NCBI RefSeq assembly: GCF_006345805.1
Contig: NC_043019.1
Location: 17,607,360-17,671,359, forward strand
Direction of reading: 5' to 3'
From: Octopus sinensis
Lineage: Eukaryota
DNA: 64,000 bases
Shown piece by piece: positions 1-13,329 of this stretch. The notes beneath the pieces were generated by a model, which was given only the letters and a program-made list of their open reading frames with translations, ran no database searches and had not been told where the DNA came from. Within the stretch, counting starts at the first letter, position 1, and every line of letters begins with the position of its first letter. A program made the position numbers and the translations under genes.

Positions 1-9
1 TATTAGTTA

Positions 10-399
10 GGAGGCACAATGGCCCAGTGGTTAGGGCAGTGGACTCGCGGTCGGAAGATCGCGGTTTCGATTCCCAGACTGGGCATTGTGAGTGTTTATT
101 GAGCGAAAACACCTAAAGCTCCACGAAGCTCTGGCAGGGGGTGGTGACGACCCCTGTTGTGCTCTTTCACCACAACTTTCTCTCGCTCTTTCTTCCTGTT
201 TCTCTTGTACCTGTATTTCAAATGGCCAGCCTTGTCACACTCTGTGTCACGCTGAATCTCCTCGAGAACTGCGTTAAGGGTACACGTGTCTGTGGAGTGC
301 TCAGCCACTTGCACGTTAATATCACGAGCAAGCTGTTCTGTTGATCGTATCAGCTGGGACCCTCATTGTCACAACCAACAGAGTGCTCCTATTATATAA
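10..399 (+). mobile_element. tRNA-type SINE (family A)
   Basis: A-box-like TGGCCCAGTGG (20-30) and B-box-like GGTTTCGATTCC (63-74). A near-identical copy lies at 3562-3941. TATTAGTTA occurs at 1-9 and 400-408 as a possible TSD. Confidence 0.8.
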
Positions 400-2120
400 T
401 ATTAGTTAACAAAGAAGTAGTAGTGTTTTTTTTAGAATCAGTTGTAATCCTTTAAGTATAAATTCTTCTGGGAATCTTACTTGAATTCTCTGTGGCTATT
501 TGTCCATCCAAAATTCTATTGCTTCTATTCCTAATTTGTGGAAGAATATTTGTGTTGAGACTAGTTATGTCAAAACTAATCAGGATTGTCCCTTTATCTA
601 TTCTTTCTGGAACATGGTTTAGGAAATTCATGTCATCTTTGATAAAACTAGAGATCAATTTGCACAATGGTTTCAAAATTATGCTCAGTAAATTTTTTAA
701 TTGTTGGGTATTAGGTGTTGGCCCTTCAACAATTGGACATAATTTTAGATAAGATGGTTTGGAAATGTTCTCAAATGTGGGCCCTTTAACCTGTTATTGA
801 CTTGTTTAGATTTCTGAATTTTTGGAAGCCCATAAAAGTTTCTTGTTTATTGTTCTTGAATTTATCCATTAATTTACCAGTTTTATTCATAACAAGCACT
901 ATGACCCAGCGTTGCCGGGTCATAGTGCTAGTGCATGCATATACAGCTGCATGCGTGCACACATACACGTCAGTACTGTCCAAATCTCCGACCAATCACA
1001 TACAGCCAGCTGGCATTCAATTGGTGTATCAACTTTCGGGCATTTTGATTGGGTTTTGGATAGAAAATTCACAAAAAAGTCACTTCTATTGATTTTTTAA
1101 TGGCTTTGCAGAGTGACTAAATGTAAAGATATGCACGACCACTCTTGGACGATTTTGAATGACCATAGAAAGTGCAAGCCCTCTAACTGAAAAATTGTGG
1201 ATTTGTATAAAGGACACACACACAGACATTTTGCCGTTTATATATAGAGAGATTTGTTTATCTCCATTGGTTTCTAATTTTTTGTAGAAATGTCAGACAT
1301 TTAGTTGTTTTTGTCCATGATTACAGTAGCTCCTCCTGTGTCAGCATCTTTAATAACTTTTGAGGAATCTTTCTATAGACATTCCAATGCTTTTTGGTCT
1401 TCATTCTTCATTGTTTGCTTTTATAGAGTTTGTTAGAATGTTTTGAGTTTGCTGATTTTTTCAGACACGTTATGTATTCCTCCAAGAGTTCATTGGAGGC
1501 TTAAATCCCATTTTCTTTTTCACAAATGATGGATTGCCATCATGTTTACTTTTGGAAGAATTCCCATAGGTGAAGTTTTCTGGAAAATTTCTCTGTATCT
1601 TTTACGAAATCTTTTCTGTCTGGTTTTGGCAGTAGTGTAAATTTAAGTCCATAAACCAGAAGTTTTATTTCATTTTCCATGAGGTTTCATTGGGTTAGGG
1701 TTATTACATTTGGATCAGTTGGTTCAGTATTTCTTTGACCCTTTGTATCATTAGGTTTTCCTTTCATTTCTGCTTGGAGCTCCAGTTCCTAAAGAGGGCT
1801 TCTTATTCTGTCTTTCCATTATTCTATTTTGTTGGAAGGAAGATTTGCAGATATTATGTCACCTGCCTTGGTATGTTGGTATGTTTTCAATAAGTTTCTG
1901 TTGCTTTAATGGTCTATTTTCGTCTGTTCTTCCATTGTTTTGGCTATGTTGGATTCTTCCTGGTATGTTTTCTTTGGTTTGGCAGTCTATTTTGGTCTCT
2001 TCTATTATTATTTGGAAGTATTTTGTGAATGTTGGGGGTTTGTCTTGGGACAAATTATTGAATTTTTTCCTGTTTTTAATGTTTACATACTGAGAATTAT
2101 AGGTTTCCACCACATATATA
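400..2120 (-). mobile_element. Degenerate Penelope-like retroelement (RT N-terminal half), interrupted by a Helitron-like insert
   Basis: Minus-strand VIKDADTGGATVIMDK (~1310-1360) and LISFDITSLNTNI (ORF 452-676) resemble the PLE motifs IKPADKG..VVIMD and LVSFDV.SL.TN.P. Multiple stops and frameshifts. Confidence 0.75.
893..1252 (-). mobile_element. Non-autonomous Helitron-like element (family H1)
   Basis: The minus strand starts A|TCTCTCTATATATAAACGG and ends with a GCACTATGACCC..GGGTCATAGTGC hairpin plus CTTG|T. A second copy lies at 60272-60602. Confidence 0.7.
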
Positions 2121-2443
2121 GGTTTATATTGGTGTGTTTATGCATATACGTATACATATATGTATTTGTACACACACACACACACACACACACACATCAT
2201 CATCATCATTTAACGTCCATATTCCATGCTGCCATGGGTTGGACGGTTTGACTGGAACTGGTAAGCTGGAGAGCTGTACCAGGTTCCAGTCAGATTTAGC
2301 ATGGTTTCTACTGCTAACACTTTGTAAGGTGGTTGGTGCTACGAAGGGCATTCAACCGTAAGATCCCTGCCAAGAAGCCTGGTGCACTCTTCTGCCTAGC
2401 TAGCTGCTGTCAAACCAGCATGGGAAACAGATGTTAAATGATG

Positions 2444-2509
<66 letters not shown>

Positions 2510-3177
2510 TGGATTCAGTCCCACTGTGTGGTACATTGGCCAAATGTCTTCCACAGCCTTGAGCCAAGCAAAGCCTTGGGAGTGGATTTGGAAGAAGGAA
2601 ACTGAAAAAAGCTTATTGCGTGTGTGTGTGTGTGTCTTTGTGACTGTTTGCCCTCCCCCACCACTTGACAACCAGTGTTGGTTTGTTTATATCCATGTAT
2701 CTTAGTAGTCCAGCAAAAAGATACCAGTAGAATAAGTACCAGGCTTTAGAAAGAATAAGTACTGGAGTTGATTCATTAAACTTAAAGGTTCTTCAAGGCT
2801 GTGCTCCAGCATGGCTGCAATCTAATGAGTGAAACAGATAAAAGAGGTATGTCACCATCATCATCATCATCATTGTTTAACATCCATCTTCCATGCTGGC
2901 ATGGGTGGGATGGTTTCACAAGAGCCTGCTAAGTAGAAGCCTGCACCAGACTTCCATGACAGTTTCGGCAGGATCTTTGCAGCTGGATGCCCTTCCTAAT
3001 GCCAACCATCCAGCAGAGTGGGCTTAGTGCTTTCTACATGGCACAAGCACAAGCAAGGTCAGTTTTAGCAAGGTTTTTACAGCTGGATGCCCTTCCAAAT
3101 GCCAATCACTTTACAGTGTGGACTGGATGCTTTTTAAGCAGCACCGGCACTGACAGGGTCACCAAGTACTTGCAAGG

Positions 3178-3212
<35 letters not shown>

Positions 3213-3237
3213 GTGAGTGTGTGTGTGTGTATATACA

Positions 3238-3271
<34 letters not shown>

Positions 3272-3289
3272 CATACACACAGACACACA

Positions 3290-3540
3290 CATATACATTG
3301 TACATAACTTAGCAGAGACCAAAATCCTTGTAAGTAGGATAACAGACAAATTATGCATCCCTTCAGGGAGGTGGCACTGCTTGATATGCAGAAAAGGTGT
3401 AGGTAGAAATTCCATTCAATGTACCCAGTGCAAGCTATGGACACATAAGAGGTGCAACTGTATCAAAAGAAGATTAGCAGAGGTGGTGGTGTTTGTGTGT
3501 GGCAGATGTCTGGGCACAGTAAACATGATGTATGATCAAG
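3290..3540 (+). mobile_element. RTE-clade LINE fragment (post-RT Cys-rich segment)
   Basis: NLAETKILVS..WHCLICRKGVGRNSIQCTQCKLWTHKRC is homologous to the minus-strand segment at ~18100-18300 of the larger RTE remnant. Confidence 0.65.
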
Positions 3541-3561
3541 TAACATGGTAGGGCACAGTGT

Positions 3562-3941
3562 GGAGGCGCAATGGCCCAGTGGTTAGGGCAGCAGACTCGC
3601 GGTCGTAGGATCGCGGTTTCGATTCCCAGATCGGGCGTTGTGAGTGTTTATTGAGCGAAAACACCTAAAGCTCCACGAGGCTCCGGCAGGGGATGGTGGT
3701 GATTCCTGCTGTAATCTTTCACCACAACTTTCTCTCACTCTTACTTCCTGTTTCTGTTGTACCTGTATTTCAAAGGGCCGGCCTTGTCACACTCTGTGTC
3801 ACGCTGAATATCCCCGAGAACTACATTAAGGGTACACATGTCTGTGGAGTGCTCAACCACTTACACGTTAATTTCACGAGCAGGCTGTTCCGTTGATCGG
3901 ATCAACTGGAACCCTCGTCGTCGGAACCAACAGAGTGCTTC
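3562..3941 (+). mobile_element. tRNA-type SINE (family A), second copy
   Basis: Colinear with 10-399 along its whole length and carries the same pol III box motifs. Confidence 0.8.
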
Positions 3942-4315
3942 CAACAGGGTACAGTATTGACTTAAAAAGTCTTAAATATATTTAGTGGTATATTACGGTT
4001 GCAGAACGAAGTACAGTTGACCCCATCAGCAATTAACATGTATGTTCTTGTTGCCAGAAATGTGTTCAATATGTAAAATCGGTGCATCCAGTTGTGTTAC
4101 ATCACTAAATTTAGCAACTTTTTTTGGAAATGTGTTCATGGATGGTTAATGGGTTTAAACCGGCCATATCCGGCCAAAAGTATTCTGCCTGTTTTATGTT
4201 CAAACTGGCTAGATCTGGTCTCTTACACCAGCCCTACAATATCGTTTTAAAAATGAACAGCTACATCATCAAAATCTCATAGCCACAAGATAATTCATGA
4301 TTAGTTCAAAACTAT

Positions 4316-4731
4316 ACTCTTTACTCCTTTACTTGTTTCAGTCATTTGACTGCGGCCATGCTGGAGCACCGCCTTTAATCGAGCAACTCGACCCCAGGAC
4401 TTATTCTTTTGTAAGCCCAGTACTTATTCTATCAGTCTCTTTTGCCGAACTGCTAAGTGATGGGGATGTAAACACACCAGCATCAGTTGTCAAGCAATGC
4501 TGGGGGGACAAACACAGACACACAAACACATACACACACATATATATATATATATACACATATATACGACAGGCTTCTTTCAGTTTCCGTCTACCAAATC
4601 CACTCACAAGGCTTTGGTCGGCCTGAGGCTATAGCAGAAGACACTTGCCCAAGATGCCACGCAGTGGGACTGAACCCGGAACCATGTGGTTGGTTAGCAA
4701 GCTACTTACCACACAGCCACTCCTGTGCCTA
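4316..4731 (-). mobile_element. tRNA-type SINE (family B), full length with 14-bp TSD, nested in a TTAA MITE
   Basis: TAGTTCAAAACTAT occurs at 4302-4315 and 4732-4745. The minus-strand head is GGCACAGGAGTGGCTGTGTGG..GGGTTCAGTCCC. It has an internal (TA)/(TG) tract and a (GAGTAAAA)-type tail. Confidence 0.85.
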
Positions 4732-4933
4732 TAGTTCAAAACTATGTGGATAAAAAAAGCATTAATTTTGGCAGAATAATGCAAACACTAAAGGGTTAAT
4801 GTGGTGCTGAAGAAGGAGCAAATAACTCCTGAAATATGCATCTACACCTGTTTTCCTATCGTCGATTGTATTGTTTACATAGATGTATTCATTTATGAAA
4901 TCTGATGATATAACTTCATAAAGTTAAATAATA

Positions 4934-5098
4934 GGGGCAGGAGTGGCTGTGTGGAAAGTAGCTTGTTTACCAACCACATAGTTCCGGGTTCAGTCCCACT
5001 GTGTGGCACCTTGGGTAAGTGTCTTCTACTATAGCCTCAGGCCGACCAAAGCCTTGTGAGTGGATTTGGTAGACGGAAACTGAAAGAAGCCCGTCGTA

Positions 5099-5146
<48 letters not shown>

Positions 5147-5330
5147 TGTGTGTGTTTGTGTGTCTGTATTTGTCCCCTTGGCATCGCTTGACAACCGATG
5201 CGGTTCGGCAAAAGAGACTGATAGAATAAGTACTCGGCTTACAAATGATAAGTCCCGGGGTTGAGTTGCTCGATTAAAGGCGGTGCTTCAGCATGGCCGC
5301 AGTCAAATGACTGAAACAAGTAAAAGAGTA
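4934..5330 (+). mobile_element. tRNA-type SINE (family B)
   Basis: Same head, body and tail as 4316-4731, in the opposite orientation. Confidence 0.85.
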
Positions 5331-5393
5331 ATAACACTGCTAACACGGTGGGACACAGTATTGACATATAAAACTTTCATATACTTGGTAGTA

Positions 5394-6639
5394 TTGGGTC
5401 ATCCTATGAATAATGCAGTTTTTTCAATTGCATGAACTAAAAGTCAGTGGGGGATGGCATAAACTACCTGCATCAACTTGCTATAAAAGCAGGTAGAAAT
5501 TTTACCTTGTCTTTATTCATAGTGCAGGTTTTGAAGAGTGCAGTTCGATTTTAACAGTTATTTCTTCAAAGCTATAATGGAAGTGGCAAAGCAGCATATT
5601 TTGATTTATGAGTTCAGTAACACAACGGAAAGTGCGAGGAATATTAATGCAGCATATGGGGATCGGACGATAGGCATAAGCCAGTGTTAACGGTGGTTCT
5701 GGAAATTCTGAGCCAGAAACTACAGCCCAGAAGACTAGCCTCTTTCTGGTAGATCTGTAGAGCTTGATGAGGATGTCCTGCAAATTCTGGTGGTATAAAA
5801 TACCATTGTAACTGTTGAGGAACTAGCAGAGAAGCTTGGATTTGGTCTTTCAACCATTCATCAACACCTGCATGCCATTAGAAAAGTCAGTAAATTGGGT
5901 CAATGGGTTCCTCACAAACTTTCCCAGTCTAATTGCTTGTAGATAGTGAATGTGTGCTCTTCTTTAGTGTCATGTCTCAAGAATGAACCTTTTTTAGTGA
6001 CTGGTGATGAGAAATGGGTTCTCTATAAAAATGTCAAGCACCAAAGACAGTAGGTAGGGAAAGGAGAAACACTGGCACCTTAGACTAAAGAAGTTCTTCA
6101 CCCTGGTATGGTGTTATCTCTTTGGTGGCATATGAAAGTTTTAGTAAACTTTGAACTTTTAAACCCAAACCAACTGATAACAAAGATCTACTGTGAGCAG
6201 CTTAAGTCAGCGCTAGAAGGAAAACGACCATCTTTGGTTTCAAGACAAAAGGTGCTCCTCCATCAGGATAATGCTCAGCCACATACAACGAGGATGACAT
6301 TCGAAAGGCTGGAGCAGTTTGAATGAGAAATGATGCTCCACCCACCATATTTGTTGGACATTGCCCCATCTGATTATCATTTATTCCGCAGTCTTCAAAA
6401 TCATTTGGATGGAAAAGATAGGAATTATGTAGACGAGGTCAGAACAGTACTGAGGGATATTTTACATCATGGGCAAGTGAATTTTGGAAGACGGGCCTTG
6501 CAAGTCTACCAAATATATGGAAGAGCATTGTAGAAAATGAAGGATAATATATTTTTGATTAAAAAAGAACTTTGTTTATCTTAATTTTGAAAAATAAAAG
6601 AAGTATTAAAAAAACTGCATTATTTATGGGATGACCCAA
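5394..6639 (+). mobile_element. Full-length but inactivated mariner (DD34D-type) transposon
   Basis: TIRs TTGGGTCATCC.AT.AATAATGCAGTTTTTT flanked by TA (5392-5393, 6640-6641), about 1.25 kb. Motifs TGDEKW (6000-6017), HQDNAQPH and a YLLDIAPSDYHLF variant of YSPDLAPSDY are present, with stops and frameshifts. Confidence 0.9.
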
Positions 6640-6839
6640 TATATTATGGTTGTATAATGAAATATGGTGTCCCTACCAGCAATGAATATGATTTTTTAGT
6701 TTGTCTGAAGTGACAGAAATGTCTGTTTTGTGACCTGTTGCCTCTGTTTAATCTGTAACCAAGTCTATACTTTCTTGTTTATGTGTGTGTGTGTATGTAG
6801 CTGAGAAAAACATTTCTGTCTTTTAATAACAAATATTGG

Positions 6840-8330
6840 TCCCATAATTACTCTATAGATCTTTTTGATATTATGATGGATTTCTTGGAATCTGCTCTGG
6901 TTACAGACCTGACTGGTCCTTTTCTTCTCTCTCAAATAAACTAGTACTTCCCTAGTACTGTTCAGAGGTTCATACAGGGATGATGTTCTTTTCACAACCT
7001 TAGGTACATCTTGGCTATCCTCTGACTGTATCCTGAAGGCCCTCCACAAGTTTTTAAAAAATTATAATCTATCTATCTCATTCAAAGACATTACTGAAAT
7101 AGCTAACATTTTAGATGTGAATCTCAACTTAGATGCTAACTTCTATTACCCTTACCATGAGCCGAATGAGTAATTATATTTCAATGTTTGTTCAAATCAC
7201 CCTAAATTTTCTTTTATCAGCATAGTTATTGGCATTTCTGTTAGGATCTCTCACCTATGAGCCAATAAAGATATCTTTAATAATCCCACCCTGTATTATA
7301 CTCAGCCCCCAGCACTCTCACCCTGAAACAGCAACTTCTTTGAGAGGATCTCATATATTCCCAATACTAGATTCAAAACTAAATTTGAGCTCCTTTTTCC
7401 TGGTATAGAATTTCTGGCCCCCAAGTTTTCTCCTACTAATCCACATCATGCCACCCACTACCAGTATCCCCCTTTCATCAATACACATCTACTACTCTGA
7501 CCAACCCAGAGGTGGAATAATCTCTGGCCTCCCGAGCTTAGCCCGCCCATCACTACACTGAATTCTAAAACCTCCAAGGGCAGAAAATAGGACATCTTAT
7601 GGTTTGTACCCTCATTCTCTTCCCAGGTTAAATCTTTACCCAAGTTATATTACACTACTTAGCTTTAATTTCCCATCCCACAATAAATATTACCCCACCT
7701 TTAATATATCTATAAAAATCTCATACTCCATAACCCCTGAATTGGGATCTATAATTACCTCCTCCAATAGGTGCTAATGGCTACCTTATCGTGGGCTCTA
7801 TGAAGCACTCTAACTACAGTCAGGGTGGAAGCCTGATCAGTTCTTTATAGGTCGTACCCACCTTAACAATAGTGATGGTAGCATTGTTACTCCTGGTTCA
7901 TGTAATCATAGCTCTTGTGATTGCGATGAAGCCCCCTCTCAGCTCCAGATGGGAATTGATAACACTTGTGGTTCTCCCTTATGGAACTGATTTTATAAAT
8001 CAGCATAGGCTGGAGATTAAACATAAGTCTACCAGTAATGATAAAACCCTGTAATAGTTGGGTTTCCCAATTATGTCCATTAGATGGATTTTGCTTACAC
8101 TATATCATGGCATATAAATGTCTGGTTATAACTCCACATTTCCACCAGGCTATGGTCTACATTGGGGACATTTGATTTCAGGTAGCACTACCAGGCTAAC
8201 CTGAGCTCATTTTCAAATGGAGCCTCTAAACTCTCCCTTAGCTAGATATATACATCACAAGTCCCAGGACATAATCTGTACCTTGTCCTTGTCCATAGTT
8301 AGTGAGAGTACCCCATATATTGTTAAACAT
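6840..8330 (+). mobile_element. Degenerate Penelope-like retroelement (RT core to GIY-YIG)
   Basis: YRDD at 6973-6984, followed by ANILDVNLNL..YYPYHEPN..SNHP, then ILWFVPSFS and KISYS. These match the PLE RT motifs YRDDG, NFLDVTLNL, SNHP, IIWFNPPYS and IKVSYS. Many stops. Confidence 0.7.
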
Positions 8331-9100
8331 TATAATACCTCCTTACTCAATAGATTTTTTCTGATGTGATTTTTTCATGTACACATAAGTTTTATTCCAC
8401 ATTTGCTCATTATTAAAAGTCTTTATAATTTCTCCTAATTGTGGATGAAATTGTAACTTTTTATCCAAATATGTAAGTACTTATTCTCTTTCTCACAACC
8501 TACTTTCCTCCTCCGCTACACCCACTCCTACAACTTTACCTCAGTGCTTATCTCTTCCTGCTTCTCTGTCTGGTTAGTTGATATTTCTGACTGATTTTAT
8601 GGTCTCCTTAACACTATCTTTAGTTGCTCTACTATATGAATCATCACACTTCCTTTTGCTAGGATGATTTTAACTTTACCTTCTCTCCTTTCTTCTGTTC
8701 TATCCTCCCTTTCTTATGATCTAGAGGTTGCCCTTCCTCCTCCTTCCCTCACTCCTCATCTCATTCTGCTTCCCCTCTTCCTTTAACTGTTTATTTCTGC
8801 TTGCTCTACTATATGAACCACATTTGCCAAGCTTCTCTTGATGAGGGGAGCTGGACTAACTGTATCTTCATGTGACTGGCTACTAGTTACATAACTCTTT
8901 GCATATTTCATCTGCAATTTATGGTTAGTGTAGTTATTCCATAACTATGGGTTTCCTGAAGCAGCTGCTGAGTTATGAAATTATATATTTTCTTATCTTA
9001 TTCCATGCATTTTTTGTGGGGTTTTTTTGTGCACCATGTAAATATAATTTATATCAAAACTAACTCTCTTTATCTCCATTAATGTCTGCATGCATGTATG

Positions 9101-9135
<35 letters not shown>

Positions 9136-9141
9136 ATAAAC

Positions 9142-9172
<31 letters not shown>

Positions 9173-9521
9173 ATATATATATATGTATATAAACATAAAC
9201 ATATAAACATACACACGTGTGTGTATAAATATATACTTATATGTTTATATGTATATAAGTACATATAAATATATATACACATGTACAAATATGTATATGT
9301 GTGTGTGTCCATGTGTCTCTGTATCTGTCTATGTTTGTCTGTGTCCTGTCTGTCTGTGTGTGTATTGGTGTGCAGATGTGTAATTGTATTTATACATATG
9401 TATGGATTTCCTTCTGTTTGCATATATATGTATGTATATGTGAGTGAGTATGTATGTCTTTATATGTGTATGTATATGTGTATACATGTAAATGTATGAA
9501 CACACACACATGTATTTTCTT

Positions 9522-9554
<33 letters not shown>

Positions 9555-9710
9555 TTTATTTAAAGCAGCAGAAAATTCAACAAAAGCTGTTACTCTGAGT
9601 TTCCCGTTGCCGTTCATCGGACAGTTTTTGCTAGAAAAAACTGTCCGATGAACGGCAACGTGAAACTCAGAGTAACAGCTTTTGTTGAATTTTCTGCTGC
9701 TTTAAATAAA
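9555..9710. repeat. Near-perfect palindrome (75-bp arms, 1 mismatch, 6-nt loop), MITE-like
   Basis: 9555-9629 is the reverse complement of 9636-9710 except for one position. Confidence 0.9.
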
Positions 9711-9787
9711 CCATATTACTCTACCAATGGTATTTGAGTACTGTTTTTCCACCTTGTTTCACATTTATGTGTTTACTCTGGTATATG

Positions 9788-9832
<45 letters not shown>

Positions 9833-10827
9833 ATTTATGTATATAAAGTATTTGCTTGCTATTGCATTTGCCTGTTTATTATCCAGTCCTCAACAGTTTT
9901 ATCACTGTAACACTCCATTTCCTTCTTCTCCTCCCCCTATCTCTCTAAATTTTAGGTTATCTCATATTGTATCAGTCCCCAATTGGTTTTTTCTGTCTAG
10001 GACCCTATGGTCAGTTATATGTACAATGTTTAAATGTGTTTTGACATGCATACAAGTGGTGCCCCAGCATGGTCGCAGCCTTCGGGCTAAAACATTTTTA
10101 AGGATTTAAGGATACATCTTCCATCTATTTCTTTTTTTTTTATGCAACTATCTATAGTCATTTATATAAGGATTCACTATACACCAGTGTGTGTGTGTGT
10201 GTACCACAGAATCTAGACCATCAGATGCTGTTATACATTGCTGGTCACAGTGTGCTTCCAGCTCTCTCTTGATTGTGCCATTCTTTCTACATCTTGATAC
10301 AAAATTATCTAAGCTTACATATCTCTGGTGGCTGGCTTCTTTTCTATCTATATAAAGGCTTTTTCAAATAAACTTGCATTTCATTTTAGAAGCTTCAAAG
10401 AAAAACTCTAACATAATGCACAAGCACTCAGTTGTGAGTGCACTGTATCATATAGCAGAAACAACTGGAAGCTAATGGAGTTGATAATGCAATTCCTGTT
10501 CCCTTGTCATTTCTTTAATTTCATATTATATTCAGTGCTCCACTAATGCTTTATTCCAAAGCATATGTATATTGATTCTGACATCAGGTTATTAGTATCA
10601 CTAAGCCTAAATGAAATCACAATATATATATATATATATATCATGATGTGGTAAAGTAGAATAGGGGTTGGTCAGCTAAGAGAGCAAAGATAATGTTATA
10701 AGAAACACAAGTCTTGTTAATTACTGCTACCCAGGGTTTCATGGCTGAAACATTTATTTCGTTGTTTTTCAGGCTGAGAACAAACTTGTTTTCATTATAT
10801 ATGTGTGTGTGTGTGCGTATGTATGTA

Positions 10828-10858
<31 letters not shown>

Positions 10859-11115
10859 ATGTATGTATGTATCTATGCATATGTCAAACATCTTGCAGAT
10901 GGCTGCAATCTGTCACCTTTATTATTAGTATGAAATGACATCTAAAATGTGAACTGTATGTTTATATTGGCTGTTGTTGTTGTTGTTGTTTCTATGGTAC
11001 TTTATTTATTATTGCTGTTGTTGATGATTGTTATGATGATGATGATGGTGGTGGTGGTGGTGGTTTTCTTCCTGAATATCTTATAATTGCTTTTTTTCTT
11101 CTTTTTCCTTTATAG

Positions 11116-11148
11116 TGGTGTCGTAGACAATATTAAAGGGGCCAAAGA
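11116..11148 (+). CDS. TMCC: TMCC-family coding exon (33 nt, phase 2-2): x-GVVDNIKGAK-(E)
   Basis: A long pyrimidine tract ends in TATAG (AG 11114-11115) and the donor is AGA|GTAAGT. The only open frame reads GVVDNIKGAK, similar to the GVVDSVKGG segment I recall just upstream of SKPRE in vertebrate TMCC1. The terminal GA joins the first G of the 30073 exon to give Glu. Confidence 0.8.
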
Positions 11149-11291
11149 GTAAGTATATGAAACTTTTTCTATTTTGTTATCAGTGACCTTCTCTCTGACC
11201 TTCATGTCTTGGATTCCAAGATAAAAAAAAAAATCCCTCTGACCAAACCTGAATGTCTCACAACAGAATGGATTTTGCTATAACATCTATA

Positions 11292-11465
11292 ACGTAAAGA
11301 GCACCCACTACACTCTCGGAGTGGTTGGCGTTAGGAAGGGCATCCAGCTGTAGAAACACTGCCAGATCAGACTGGAGCCTGGTGCAGCCTTCTGGCTTTC
11401 CAGATCCCTGGTCGAACCGTCCAACCCATGCTAGCATGGAGAACGGACATTAAATGATGATGATA
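11292..11465 (+). mobile_element. Short repeat (family D) with RTE-like 3' tail ending in (GAT)n
   Basis: GGAAGGGCATCCAGCTGTAGAAAC..CCAACCCATGCTAGCATGGA..(GAT)n. Other copies lie at ~2196-2430, 2857-3170, 21262-21420, 26665-26840, 36335-36693, 39795-39990, 44560-44720 and 55560-55750. Confidence 0.7.
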
Positions 11466-11809
11466 ATCTCAAGGACTAAGTTGGTGGCATTAAACTTGGT
11501 GACAGATTAAGTCTGCCACCTACACCACAATGGGGATTCAGCTCTGAATGCAAAGAACTAGAACAAATTCCATGAGGTATCTTGTTCAGTATTCTAACAT
11601 CTTCAGCTGACCCCTATTCTAGACTGGAAATTTAGTTATTGAAACCCTCCCCTCCTCATCACCTACAGGCAACTTGCCCTCAACAGGATGTGAACTCAGA
11701 TCACAAAATGCCAGATTAAATACTGCAAAGCATTTCTCTCAGAGAGCTCAATGACATAAACATCCATGTCAGAAGCATAGGATTTCCTACATACAGCACT
11801 TGTTAGAAA

Positions 11810-12345
11810 TATTCATTTCAAATTTAGGCCCAGGGCTAGAAGTTTCTGAAAAGCAAAGTCAACTTTATGGGAATTTAAACTCTGAATATAAGCTGGACAA
11901 AATGTTGCTAAGCATTTTGCCTGGCATCCCTAATGATTCTGCCAGCTTGCTGCCTTAAAGCCAGATTAAATATTGGTTTCAAATTTTAGCACAAGTCCAG
12001 CAATTTCAGGGTCAGTCAATTACATCAACCTCAGTGTTCAACCGGTACTTATTTTTCCAATCCTGAAAGGAGGAAAAGCAAAGTCAGCCTCAGTGGAATT
12101 AGAACTCAGAACTTAAAGCAAATAAAATTCTGCTAAGTATTTTGCCTGGCGTGCTAACGTTTCCTATTTTTTATTGCCCACAAGAGGCTAAACATAGAGG
12201 GGACAGACAAAGGGATTAAGTCGATTACAATGACCCCAGTGTGTAACTGGTACTTAATTTATTGACCCCGAAAGGATGAAAGGCAAAGTCGACCGCTAAG
12301 CATTTCGACCAGTGTGCTAAAGTTTCTGCCAGCTCGCCGCCTTCA
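11810..12345 (-). mobile_element. Cluster of SINE family C copies (head AAGGCGGTGAGCTGGCAGAA)
   Basis: Repeated matches to the family C head and body with a B-box-like GAGTTCAAATTCC. Other minus-strand copies lie at ~21020-21240, 24020-24245 and 59880-60112. Confidence 0.75.
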
Positions 12346-13329
12346 TGTGCTAAGTTTCTGCCCTGCAGCCGACTGGCTTAAGACAGAATGTATCATTTAA
12401 TCAGTGACATAAACATCCATGTGAAAACATAAAATTTCATACATGTAGCATTTGTTAGGACTATCAAGTGGAAAATTAATGCTGCAGCAATTAAGCTATT
12501 TAAACAAACCAATGACCAAGCCTCTAGTTCATGGATTTGAAACCTTTCTAATACCAGGGGTGAGATACAAATTTTTAGGAACCTGTGGAGATAATCTGTA
12601 CTCTGAAAAATAACAAGTCATCCCTACACAAGTCAGTTATTATAGAGTTATTATTGTCATTGATCATAATTTTTTCATGGTTTCTCTGTATGGATGCTCT
12701 TCCTATTACCAACCTCTTCTAGAGAGTATTTGAGGTACATTTTATCATGCACCAGCACTAGGGAGGTTGTTGTGTCCTCTGCAATACTAAAATGTCCTCT
12801 CTACTCTACATTTTCTTTGTTCATTCAAAACAGATATGACCAAGAGGGTAAATAAAGAAAAGAATGATGACATATTAACTTACTGCTTGAGTCTTATTTT
12901 AGTTTTGAATGGGGTCAAAGTTCCATCTGCAGACAAGGAATTTCTCATGACTGCTTTATATGATCTCTTGATCGTCCAGAAATAGGTGCCATACTTCAAA
13001 CTTGTTAGAAGTGGCACTTGTTAGAAGTATTGAGTGTTAAAGCATGTTGAATATCACTGAGGGAACTATTACAAGTATCTTGAAAATGCGGCCAAATTTC
13101 ACACACATCACACACGACTAACTTTAATATATATATATACATATTGCTTAAGCATAGTGACACTAATAACATGGTGTTAGAACTCAATATACATATGCTT
13201 CAGAATAAAGCAATAGTCAAGTACAGAGTGTACTATGAATTTAAATGACAAAGGAACAAGAAATTATGCAACGGTCTTCATTAGCTCACAGCAGTTTTTG
13301 CTATAAAACATTGTGCACTCACATCTTAG

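Noticed and set aside
10-90. tRNA genes at SINE heads (also 3562, 4934, 33390)
   Set aside because: A and B boxes are present, but the sequence continues into a shared SINE body without a proper acceptor stem.
1-11115. Upstream TMCC exon ending in phase 2
   Set aside because: I found no segment with good splice sites and TMCC-like translation, so it probably lies before the window.
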